Shown here piece by piece: positions 52,401-64,000 of a stretch of 64,000 nt of DNA. The DNA is from Leptogorgia sarmentosa (lineage: Eukaryota). The DNA is taken from assembly GCA_964658305.1 (NCBI GenBank), contig OZ210884.1, positions 3,906,001-3,970,000 of the forward strand, written 5' to 3'. The notes beneath the pieces were generated by a model. It saw only the letters and a list, made by a program, of their open reading frames with translations. It did not search any database and was not told where the DNA came from. Numbering within the stretch: position 1 is the first letter of the stretch; every line of letters starts with the position of its first letter. A program made the translations under genes and the position numbers.

Positions 52401-55400
52401 GGGGGGAGGGGGGGAAGGGTGTGGTCCTAGTACTTCTATTCTAAAATCTCGCGTATTATTTGAATTTCTTATTAAAAATGTTTACGAGAAGAGCGTCAGC
52501 CCCGCTATGAGAGATCTTTTTCAGCTATTTTTCACTCGTGATTTCTTATATAGTACGTATAGGGTGGTAATTTTCCCATATTGATGCAGTAAATAGTAGG
52601 GTTGCCCCTCGAAAACCGTCGAATCGATTTTGGACTAACTCTTTGAAGCTCTGAAAATATATTCCCAAACAGATATTCAAATGTCTGTCGGCTTTTGTTC
52701 AAAAATTAGGTCGGAAAAGTTTCGACTCCAAAATAGCACTAATGAGTCGCGTAGTCCTACTTCCGAAAGATGTCGTTATAGGGTTAATATTTCGAAGTAA
52801 ACAAGCGGCCAAAAGTAGCCCTAATGCAAACCAAACCCATCGTGTATTCTCATGATCATTTCAAATGTCCGTAATTAGTTATTCATTGAGGTCGTCCCAA
52901 ACTCTTGTGGTAAATTGAGAATATCGGGCGGTTGCATTCAGATTGATTCGTCGTGATTAAAGTACACATTCAATATTTATTATTTATATATGGATTTTCA
53001 AAATTCTCTATTCTAATTGGTCGACAAGCGGTCCGTAAAAACCCATATTCGGACCGTGGTCCGTATTTTCCGTATCTGGGCCGGTGTCCCGGATGTCGTT
53101 CATCTGGCGGGAAATTTCGCTTTGCAAACAGAAAAGATTTTTGCATTTTAATTTTCCAATTTAAGATAAAAATTTCAAACAACCAGATTGTTTTAAATTG
53201 AGCATGTATGTCTACCGTATACTGTTACCCCGTGAAACTAATGATAGCCGATTTAATTCGCGCGAAAAGTATATGCTCAAATTCTCAATTCAGCCATATA
53301 ATAAACAGTTTATTGACCTCGCTTGTTCGGTCTGTACTGTGAAATATCAGACCTCAGTTTTTTGCATTGACCTCGCTCCTTCGTCGCTCGCTCCATACTA
53401 AAAAACCTCGGTCTGATATTTCACAGTACAGACCTCACGCTCGGTCAATAACCCTGTTAATCTATACAATGAAGCCCGCTTATCGGCTGCTATTGGTGAA
53501 GTCATGGCGCAAGCAAAATTCAGCAATCTCTTATATCTGCTGCTAGGTACTGAGAGAGAGAGAGGAAGAAATATACCTGAAAGCTTGGTCTGTATATTCT
53601 TTTCCCATTCCATATATTTTGATAGATTTAAGTCCTTCAATTGTGTTGGAGAAGTGAGAATAGACAGGACCAGCTGCCATTAGCATCAAACGTTTTAGAT
53701 CGGTTCCCGAAGAAAAGTAAACACTTGCAGTGAAGTAAAATAATGGCAACGACAATAAGAATGAAAGAATCAACCAGGGATTTGTTATGCTGGCCAACAG
53801 AATGGTTGCAATAACAGGTGTAGTAAAAACACATACTGCGTAGGCAGTGAAGGGCAATAATTCCTCCAAAGCGGTAATATCTTGAGATAAACGATTGATT
53901 ACTCGACCGACAGGATTTCTTGCATAAAATGATAAAGGTGCTTTCATGAGACACGTGACTATCTTGTTATGAATCTATGGGAAAATTCAAAGGAGATTCT
54001 GATGATAATCTTGGTACAAAATGCAATTTCAAATTTTTCAAAGGGTAAAATTTCCCTGCAGGACGATGACTAAAATAATTATAATCAAAACGCAGATTCT
54101 ATAAAAGTTTCAAAATGTTATTAATATCTGAGGTTTCTGAAGAATTTTCTTGATATAAACAATTCCGGGCATAGAGTGTATACTAAAACAATTAGACAAC
54201 TCGGCCTTGTTGTCTATGAGCGAATAGTCAACTCGGACTTCGTCCTCGTTGTCTAATTGTTAAATAGAAACACGGGTTTTTTGAGCTCTCGACCAATCAA
54301 CGCCCGTGTTTTTAAAAGGCTATTTTATCAAGGCACTTATACCACACACCTTATATGCTGCATTCATGAAAAGCAAGCAGATACACAGGGAACCAAAAAC
54401 AGTTAGTAGCACAACAGCAGCCAGGTACATGGCGTACAAACGAAATTCTTCGTCAAATCTATCATTCCCATATCGAGCTACTTTTTGAAATCTTGAAACA
54501 ATGATGTCTACCAGGACTTTCAAACCTGTAGAGGAAAAACCGAAAAAAAATAAATAGGAAAGTGTTATGACATTTTGACACAATAAAGAACATTCCAAAT
54601 GATCAAATAAAACATTTTCAAAGATATTTGTTCCATTTAATTAGTTTTTACATCTGAATTAGTCGTCATCATATCGTGCGACAATGCTAGGTCTTAGAAT
54701 CCGCCATTTGTGAGTGGCAAAAAAATGAAAGTATAATTTATAATAATTGTTTGATATCTATTTTCTCCATAGTAGGCAAATGTTTGAATTTAGTTATGAA
54801 ATTTTCCTTCCCAAATAATTATGGTATTTCTGATCGCGTATTTGGTTGGTGACATTTCAAAATCTAGTGCGAAACTTCACATATAGCTAACGATGATCAT
54901 TTAATTACTGGAATTCTATAGATTTGCAGGTTCGATTTTTATAAAACAAAATTCGACAGTTTGAATCATTTCAACAGCGAAAAATTGTGGGTTTATCTAG
55001 TGACAGAAAGGTTAATTGAATACTAACCTGCACCAGAAAAATATACCACGAGAAAAAAGACCAGGATCAAAGGGGATGCTCCATGAAGTAAATATTTTAA
55101 GTAAACTTTCAAAGAGACAAGTCCACGTTTTCTATCTTCCTCTTCTTCTTTCATGTTGGCGCATTTCATGGTTTTTTCAGTCCTGCTCCATACTTCGTCA
55201 TGGTCGACTATCTCTCTATCCTTTACGCCGAGTTCAACGGGAGCTGGTTCCGTAAGTGGAAGCTTGGTTTTCAACGTTTCAAAATCTCCTTGAACGGCAA
55301 TCGTTCCTCTATCCAACTGGACAATACGATCAGCCAATGAATAATACTTGGTCGCTTGCGTTGTCAAGAGTACTATACGATCCGATAATAATCCTCGGAT

Positions 55401-58400
55401 ACAATTTCTATGCATTGTAAAATGAAGGAAATTTAGAGTATAATAATTCTTATAAATGTCCCCCTATATAGCTAAAAAAATGTCCCCTTGGGAAACTGCA
55501 ATATTCTCACTATTTATTTATATACAAGTTTCTTCTTTTAAAATAAGTTCACTAATAGAGTTTAACGAGAGCCTCTTCCCCAGAGCTCCCGGCGTCGTAC
55601 ACGGTTGGGCCTCTAGTGGTTACGCCAATGACTATCATGCAGATATGTTTCATTAGGCTCCAAAATATGGGAAATGCGCGTGTCTAATCTGCGACTTGGT
55701 TTATGATGAACAACATAACGTATTCCTTTTCAAGCATTCATAGACTTCTTTCAAAGTTAAATGAGATAAAATTAAATTTGATGGTTTCAAAAACGTTTAA
55801 TACTAACTTTTTAACGATCTATTAAATATCCATGTGTTAACAATGAGTATCAAAATGATTACTAACCTGAAGACATTTTCGGCGACATTGATGTCCAAAG
55901 AGCTTAGAGGATCATCCAATAGATATATATCAGCTTCAGAATATACTGCGCGTGCTAAAGCAATACGTGTACGCTGACCACCACTTATACTCGCACAGTG
56001 TTCTCCAATACGTGTCAAATCATGTTCTGGAAAATTATCGAAATCTTTCTTCAATTGACATGCCTCGATTATCTTGTTGTATTTTCTCTCATTGTATAAT
56101 AAACCGAATATGATGTTATCGCGAATAGTTCCAGGAAAAACCCAAGGTGAGTCTGAGACATAGGCAAATTTACCAAAGTAGTTAACCGAGCCATTTGTTA
56201 CTAGCAACTCTCCTAGAATTGCTTCTAGAAGCGATGACTTCCCACTGCCAACCGCACCGCATATGAGAAGCAATTCTGGAGAAGATACTTCAAGATTAAT
56301 ATTTTTCAGTAGTGGCGAATCCTGCCCAGTTTGTTGTGGGGACTGTGAAGAACGGCACATTTTGGAAGAGAGTTTACATGTTACGTCATGTAAATTAAGA
56401 AAAGGCAAAGGCTTGTGTGAGCATTTTGGCTTGGTTTGCAACTCGACTAAACCACTTTGTTCCAGAGTCAAAGTGATATCTTCTTTATTCACGTGTTGTG
56501 AAGATTCGGCGGCTTTAAGAAATGTTTCGATGCGTTGAAGGCCACCACGAACATCACTGAATAATTGTACGACTGTTGGAATGAGAAAGGTATACGATAA
56601 CGTAATCATTCCAAAGAGGTATATCATGGCAAAAAAATTTACATAACGGAGATCTCTCTTTGTTAAAATCAATGTGCACACTGTAATGAAGGTTGCCAAA
56701 CTTTGACCACAAGTTGCGAAGGAGTAACATATCAATGAAATAATCCAACGTTTGGTTTTAAGTTTCACTTCTTCCCTAGAAAAAAAAGCACGCTATGTGT
56801 TTTCAAATACGTAGTGGTAGTTTGAATTTGTCCGCGTGAATAAAAGGGTTTGGTTTCCTATTTCTTCCTTACAGATTTTACAAAGGGATATTCGAGAGAC
56901 AGCGTGGATTGGCGTGCTGTCGCCATGTTTGAATATTTGTCACGCCAATTTCACGTCCCTATTCTTGTTTTAAAAATGTCCATAGATGTAAAGGACACGG
57001 ATATCTTTAAAAAGTGGTTTTAATTTTTATGCCAAAAATAATGATCAACATTCAGTAATGTGAAGATAAATGTAGGTAAAATCGCATTATTGTTTCACCC
57101 CTCACTAATATATGTAGTATATTTTTTCAATTATATATTCACCATCGTGTTTTCTGTATTTTGTCTTCGAAATTCTTTTCCCAACAGTTAACTTTAACGG
57201 AATGTATCGCAGTGAAAGATTCTCGGATATAACCAAGACGTTCTTCCGACAGTCCGGAAGCTTTCTTACGTAAATCATAGTCAACTTTGTTGAAAAGCGT
57301 CCGTACTGTAACAAGCGATACTAAAAAGAGGAATCCGGGTATGATTTGCCAGCCAATGAAGTAAAGAAGCCAAGATATGATGCTTGCGGAGGATAAACAA
57401 TGACGAACAGCCATGTGAATGAACCATTCTCCACTGGTTACAAATCTCTGAGAATCATTGCATATCAATTCCATCACTTGGCCACTTTCGATGGAAATCT
57501 TGCGGGCTGTGAGCACCTGGAGCGAAGAATGTATGAATTCGCAAGGTTTACAATAAACAATTATTGAATGAGGCCGAGTAGGATATGAGGAATTATTAAG
57601 GCCGAGGTTTGTGTTATTTGTCGAAGCCGAAGGCTGAGGCAAATAACAAAAACCAAGGCCTTAATAATTCAGCATATCCTACGAGAACCGAATCCAATAA
57701 TTGTTTTATTATTTTTTTGTATCTTTATCAGACTTAGGATAAACGCATTGTACACAAGAACCTTCTTTGAGAAAGCCATTTGTATTTTTCAGCTTTTGGC
57801 ATAAGCAGCAAAAATTAGTCGACGTCATAATGCCATATAACTTTCAATATACGACATAATTACGTCATAATGTCGTATATGAGGATTTAATGCACTGCTC
57901 TTAACCAATCAAAACTCTTGAATTATTTGAAATAAATAATAATACAACATTACATCCAGGCATTAGCCTTCATAGGAAACAATCCATTTAAATTTGAGTA
58001 TGTGAAACACAATTTTCAGTAAATTTAGCTAATAGCGTTTAAAAAGTGATAAATACTTTTTCACACTTGATCCTTACACGATTAAGCCAAGCCGGAAGAA
58101 GGTGTAGATTTAACTAAAAATTTTGCGATAAGATATCATTCGGGCAAACACTGAAATTAGTAATGAATTGCGTGCAAAGTTTTGACGTCACGACATAACA
58201 GAAGGTATATTCTATGATCTAAAAGACCCGTACAGACTGAAAATCTCTCCTTGACAAATTTCCAGACAATCAATTTTTATTCTCTCCTGTCTAACACAAA
58301 CAATTTTTTAAATCCATTTTTCCTTCCCCTCTTTTGAGCCTGCATTTCGCCGGCGCTTGTCAGCACTTTATGTATATATATCTCTCGCATATGTTTATCT

Positions 58401-60283
58401 TACCAAGCTATTTATTAAAATTTTCTCGGTTACCTGCACGCATGAATAATTTTCCTGGTTCAAAAGATGATCATATCATGCATGCCAGTTTTTGAACCAG
58501 GCTCCTTGTCAACGAAAACTTGTCAATTTTTGCCATACATATGAATAAACGAAATTAACTTGTGAAGGAAAAATCACCTACCGAAGAAAAATTGCTCATA
58601 TGTGCGGAGCTTTATATAATCGAGAGATAATGGTACTGTCCGACAAGCTGGCGAGCAACAGAAGAGATTGGGGGCAGGGCCGTAGGCAGGAATTTTTTTT
58701 GTAGCGGATTTCCTGCATTTTGAGCGCGGAATTTACGCGTTTATGCATTGAAATAAAATACAACTTTTAGGCCAGGATCAAACGAAAAACAAAGCTGTTT
58801 AAATATTTATAGACTTTAAGTGACATGAAAATTCCAAGTTAATTTTTTCTTGGGGGGAAACTGCCCCTGTTACCCCCCTTATGTCTACGGCCTTGATCGC
58901 GGGGAAATGGTTAGTCGGCGGACATGCCTTTCATCTCTATTTTCGCACGTTGAATGCTCAGGAAATTCTGAGGAAAATTCTCAATGTGATTCGAACCTAG
59001 ACTAACTAGTTATCATGTTTCAAAAAGTAAGATGAGCTTTAACGCTTTTTCTATGTTGACACTCCGATTTCCTCCTGGGGGTGGGGGGGGTGGGGGGAGG
59101 GCGTTAGTTGGGAATGTATGCGACATATTATATTACTAAAATATTTCAGTGCTGGAACTGACCTTCTTATACAACAAACCCAATACTCCCGATTTGGCTT
59201 TGTTCCCCAGTTTTGTACCCTGAAGGTTGTAGGGAGAATTTGTAATTAATTCCATCAAAAATCCTAACATAATTCCATAAACATAAATCATTGCGTCTTC
59301 GTAAAATTCTTTCTTATTCTTCGCTTCGTCAAAATCATTCACCAATTGTAATAGACAAATTAGTGAATATGCGGAAACATTTATCCCAATGAGGATAATC
59401 AGCAGGGTAACGACGTAGATCATATAGTCTTCGAAACTGAAATAACGCAGCATTGCTTTCCATAACTTCGAAGCTCGATTATCTATAAAAAGATGTTCAC
59501 ATTTGTGACCGAAGTTCATCAAATTTTAATGAATATTGATTTATCTGAAGAAAGGAAAACGTTTCAGTTTTGGTAAGATTGTGATCATTGCTATATTGGT
59601 TTACACGAAATGGAAATGTCATTTCTAAAATCACATGCAAAAACTCTTAAATATTTGGCATAGAATATTTTAGGATTTCAGGGACGTAGGAACCGGGAGG
59701 TGGGTTTGAGCTTCGGGAGCCCTGCCCGCCCCCTATTTTAAGCTTCAGGGGCCGGACCCCACAAAAAAATCCTGGATTTCAAAAAAAAACTATTAAAGTC
59801 CTATCTTTGTCAACAATCTTTCATTTGTATACCCGAAGAAGCGAACTAAAAATGTAAAGTTTGGACTCCGAAATGGTCCTTTGCAGCGGTGTAGAGACCC
59901 AAAATGTTCAAACACCCATCCCCCCCCAACGGGGTTCCCCCTCATTTTTAAAACGTTCCTACGTCCCTGGAATATTTGACTTATGGTCACCAAAGCTACA
60001 TTTAACATGCCGAACGGAGTCATAGCTATATACCTCTCTTTGCGGAGTGCACTTCCTGTTCCCATTTCTCTTCCAAACGTTCAGTGAGTTTACAGCTACG
60101 ATCTTTATCTCGCACTGGATGCAGGTCTTCTTGTTGTAGTGGACGTCGCCATCCTTTCCACAACAGTGGAGTTATCCACAGCAACATTACTTTCGACACA
60201 AAATTCGCTTCCTCCTCCGGGTGACGTAGTGTTTTTTTTTTGGATTTCATATCGAATTCCTGTTGTAAGAATGCTTTATCCAT
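49470..60283 (-). CDS. ABCC4: ABC transporter subfamily C, MRP4/ABCC4-like (short type, TMD1-NBD1-TMD2-NBD2), 1289 aa
   Basis: Exons (minus strand): 60283-60034, 59482-59163, 57516-57143, 56775-55867, 55407-55028, 54525-54350, 53974-53577, 52304-52159, 50386-49470. GT-AG introns, consistent phases, 3870 nt. N-terminal L0 motif [27 protein letters not shown]1 [30 protein letters not shown]2 [20 protein letters not shown]. The symbol marks family resemblance, not proven orthology. Confidence 0.9.
50445..50870. mobile_element. hAT-type MITE in the last ABCC intron
   Basis: TIR CAGTGGCGTAGCGA / TCGCTACGCCCCTG with a perfect 8-bp TSD ATAGTATT. The empty site is at 21500-21507. Confidence 0.92.
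52976..53460. mobile_element. Hairpin-bearing dispersed repeat in an ABCC intron; an inverted fragment lies at about 48950-49060
   Basis: ATTGG motif at the left end and a palindrome at about 53303-53459. The segment 48950-49060 is an imperfect reverse complement of 52978-53095. Confidence 0.6.
57553..57943. mobile_element. Hairpin-bearing dispersed repeat abutting the acceptor of ABCC exon 3
   Basis: Palindrome at 57553-57710 centred on CGAAGCCGAAGGCTGAGG; CCAATCA and AATAATAA at the distal end. Confidence 0.55.
58675..58895. mobile_element. Degraded hAT-like MITE in ABCC intron 2
   Basis: CAGGGCCGTAGGCA ... TGTCTACGGCCTTG termini; degenerate 8-bp flanks. Confidence 0.55.
59679..59969. mobile_element. 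hAT-like MITE in ABCC intron 1
   Basis: Perfect 15-bp TIR CAGGGACGTAGGAAC / GTTCCTACGTCCCTG; the TSD is imperfect. Confidence 0.7.
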
Positions 60284-60539
60284 AAACAATTTTCCTCACG
60301 ATGTATGGGCTCGATTTTGTCGAGATTTAAAAGAAAAACGCGTCATTTTCTGGAAATGGTTAAAATTAACGTAAGAGGAGTGCATGATGTCACCAGTGGC
60401 GTCACCAGTGAATCATATATTCATGTTTTGCACAATTAATTTCTTTTTGAATCGATTGTTTTTACGGTCTGTGAACATGAGTACATGAATATATCCCCCT
60501 CACTTATCGACTCTGATGTATGGGAGGGAGAGGGGGAAG

Positions 60540-60965
60540 GGGGCACTGGATGTCACGACCAACAGAAGGTAATGGCAACAAAATTTGACAGTGCTATTTG
60601 AAATTCTATTTTGCAAATGATTTATAAAAGCTTCTTCCAGATTTTTTATATGATGCTTGATTATTGAAATATTTTAACCCAAAGCAATTATCGGGGGGGG
60701 GGGGCACCGGATGTCACGGCCAAAAGAAGGTAATGGCAACAAAATTTGACAGTGCTATTTGAAATTCTATTTTGCAAATGATTTATAAAAGCTTCTTCCA
60801 GATTTTTTATATGATGCTTGATTATTGAAATATTTTAACCCAAAGCAATGATAACAAAATTTGACAGTGCTATTTGAAATTCTATTTTGCAAATGATTTA
60901 TAAAAGCTTCTTCCAGATTTTTTATATGATGCTTGATTATTGAAATATTTTAACCCAAAGCAATG
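60540..60965. repeat. Three-copy tandem repeat (core of about 110 bp) upstream of the ABCC start codon
   Basis: Identical core CAAAATTTGACAGTGC...CCCAAAGCAAT at about 60578, 60740 and 60856. Confidence 0.9.
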
Positions 60966-61691
60966 ATCGTCCGCCATCTTGGATTAGTTCTTAACTTTTT
61001 TAACTGTTGATTTCACTGCGTCACAAGCGCGGGACCAACCTCATAAAAATACTTCAGTGTGAGTGAGTTAAAGTGAGAAACGGTTGTTTGAAATGTTTTC
61101 ATTCATTTCGAAATTTGTGTTTACAACACAAGGGTTTTTACTTCACATTAAATCCATTCCAGGACTTCGTATTGACATGCACATTTTTCAAACCAGAACA
61201 GAAACGAATGTGCATCTATCAACTTTCGAGCGTTTTCGGGGGTAAGCATGACAAAAAATCACCGTTGAATGTTTTATATAACACTTTTTTAATAACAATG
61301 ATGGCGATATTTTGGTCAAAAAGAACGCTGCCATTAAAACCTGTATAAGGTTAGGTTTGAGGACAAGGTTACAAAATATGCATGCAATATGAAATTACAA
61401 ATGTTTAAGTAACTGGAATTGTTTGTCATTATAATGAATAACCTAATTAGCCTTGCAAAGTTCGGATCGTCTGTCGGTTTTAAATAGTTAACATCCACAG
61501 CCGAACGGTAATTATAAGCCTGCCGCACACGAGAGCTATATGTGCTGAGTTGACAGTCACACGTGCTTATTGCCGTAATCAAAATTCCCAAGTGTGCGGC
61601 GAAATATTGAAATATTTTTGGCACGTGTGACGTTTTGCCCCACACGGGAGCATTTCGCTATACGCACGAGTGACTGTCAGTTCAGCACATA

Positions 61692-62008
61692 CAACCTCGT
61701 CCCCAGGGCCTTTCTGGTGCAACGCGTGGTGGGAAGAAGGCCCTGGCAAAGGCTGGTTGTCACATGACCAAATTTTCCAACATATTTGGAAAATTTTTTC
61801 ACTAAATAATCTGGTACTTTATTGGTGGAATAAAAAAATTCTTACAACATACTAAGAGTGCATTTTATAAATTTTCTTCGTAATGCCGATAACTTAGTGC
61901 AAAAATTTTCCAATATTTGTTGGAAAATTTGGTCATGTGACAACCAGCCTTTGCCAGGGCCTTCTTCCCACCACGTGTTGCACCAGAAAGGCCCTGGGGA
62001 CGAGGTTG
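61692..62008. mobile_element. Long-TIR MITE with a 9-bp TSD (Mutator-like)
   Basis: TIRs of about 90 bp beginning CAACCTCGTCCCCAGGGCC; perfect TSD CAGCACATA at 61683-61691 and 62009-62017. Confidence 0.88.
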
Positions 62009-62744
62009 CAGCACATATATAGCTCTCGTGTGCGGCGGGCTGCGGCTTTACTTTTTGCTCAGTTGATAGCTCTCGTGTACAACGTACAGGCTTTTAATTT
62101 ATCACCATATCAACTTCAGCTAATCCTGATCAATGTAGATCTGTATATGTATGAAATTATGAATTATTATAAAGCTTCTACTCAGATGACGATTTGACAG
62201 AAATTATCACATACATCTGACTGACGAAAATTCGTATTTTGTCGTTTCCAGCAATCAACAACCGAGCTTATGTGACTACAATGGACTTTATCGTTCAGTT
62301 AATGAGGCTATTCATACGCTTTCGTTAAGTTGTGCATAAACTAATTACACAATAACATATTTATGTCATACGAATGTCCACAATGCATGATGTAAGTGAG
62401 AATATTTGCTTACCTATGTCAATTCATATCAGATACATGTTATCAATTAGTCTTACCGTCTTTTATTCGCCAATCGATATCCTATTTCATTCGCCAATTT
62501 CAACTTTCTTTATAATAATTATCATTTACGACACACTATATATGTTCTATCTAAATTCACAGATTTTTAATCACGGTCAATTCATGGACGCTCAACGCTC
62601 AATATATTAGACATACCAACGAATCATATAATCACTGTAGAGTAGTCACTGCGAAGACAACCAAACATTTTGAGCATCAAATTCGGTCTCGTTCCAAAGT
62701 AGATTATATAATTGAAGCCTTATTTCTAGTTATATTACAGTGTA

Positions 62745-63800
62745 CTTGCTGCCACTTTAGTTCACGACTGGATTAATGCGTGGAATTTAATATCAAAGAC
62801 AATGCATATATAATTCGCCAAATTGGCTAGATACAAAGAATATCAATTATACCAATTCCTGATTTACATAGTCAAAAAACATTGGACACATGAACTTTGT
62901 CAAGGAAAATTTGGTCGTGCCAAAGGGGCTTAACACAATACAACCTTCCCATATTTGTCTTTGATTTCTTGTGATAATAAATCGCAAGAAATAACGGACA
63001 CGGATGCGCCAAGTATATAAGGATGAGACAAGTATTATATTATAACATGAGTTACATTGGCGAATTAAACCGACAAATTCTTCCCGAAAGTCTGCCGCTT
63101 AAGTAAAAAGTGTTTGTTTTAATCTTTACAGGATCTATCGATGCATAAGGTTTACACATATTAAAAATATTCATGGCTTATACATTACACAACAGTAGGA
63201 ACGAACGATGAGATAGCTCTTTTCTGGCGACATTCCAAGCATAATTTGAGGCATATCTCAGCCATCTTGGAGCTGTTTCAATCGATATTAAGAAGATAAT
63301 GACTTGCTTAGTTGCTTTCACGGCGAAATCATGGTTTTGTTTTTCTTCTTGAACCATATAGTCGTTTTTTAATGTTAAAAATGGGTAAATTCTAGAAAGA
63401 TTCAGCTTTTCAATGGTGATGGACCTATGACAACATGGAGATGATCGTTTTAATTAATTAAACCGAGAAAGCCCAAAGATTTAATTTGAATACATTTTAA
63501 AACAAGCTGAGACAGGAGAGCAAGTACTTAGTCATCTTTCGGTGCAAAATAAAACCTTATTGCAATACATTGCGTGAACGCGGGCCGATATTTTGCTGTC
63601 ACTTGCTGTCACTTTAGTTCACGACTGGATTAATGCGTGGAATTTAATAAAAGACACGTGCATAGATAATTCGCCAAATTGGCTAGATACAAAGAATAGT
63701 AATTATATGAATTCCTGATTGACATAGTCAAATAACATTGGACACATGAACTTTGTCAAGGAAAATGTTGTCGTGTAAAAGGGTCTTCACACAATACAAA
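62745..63800. repeat. Pair of diverged direct repeats of about 200 bp (about 62745-62943 and 63601-63799)
   Basis: Both read ACTTGCTG.CACTTTAGTTCACGACTGGATTAATGCGTGG...CACAATACAA. Confidence 0.8.
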
Positions 63801-64000
63801 TCCCGTATTAATAAAAATAATTCAAGACATTTCAAGTACAAGTTATAAACTAGACCTAGATAGTAAAGACAACATCACATAGGTAGTAAAGACAAATGCT
63901 ATAAATTCTACTCGGGCGGAAAGACAGTAATGTGTATAGCGACCTAACGCTCTATGTCTTGTTTGATATTGTGGCAGTATGTCAACGAACAAATTATGAG

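Noticed and set aside
60540..60965. CRISPR-like array
   Set aside because: The units are over 100 bp with no unique spacers, there are no cas genes, and the context is eukaryotic.

Overview
AT-rich animal genomic DNA with GT-AG introns. An anthozoan or other marine invertebrate source is plausible from the repeat types, but that is inference. The window holds a tandem segmental duplication with a period of about 28.9 kb. Each unit carries an 11-exon gene. In the intact copy (30444-47688, about 3532 aa) a complete 12-TM Patched/NPC1-family (RND, sterol-sensing) transporter domain is fused in-frame, inside one 5.9 kb exon, to a type I PKS: KS-AT-DH-psiKR-ER(degenerate)-KR-ACP-TE, followed by a C-terminal PH-like domain. 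The upstream copy (1586-18817) has a 2-nt insertion almost exactly at the Patched/PKS junction. Tail-to-tail with the intact copy is a 9-exon ABCC4/MRP4-like exporter (60283-49470, 1289 aa), whose last exon is also duplicated as an orphan at 20533-21449. The locus looks like a compact animal biosynthetic-plus-export cluster. The rest is MITEs (hAT-, Harbinger- and Mutator-like, three with visible empty sites), hairpin-bearing Crypton-like elements, microsatellites and short tandem repeats. All exon models were read by eye from splice signals and reading-frame continuity; none is confirmed by transcripts.
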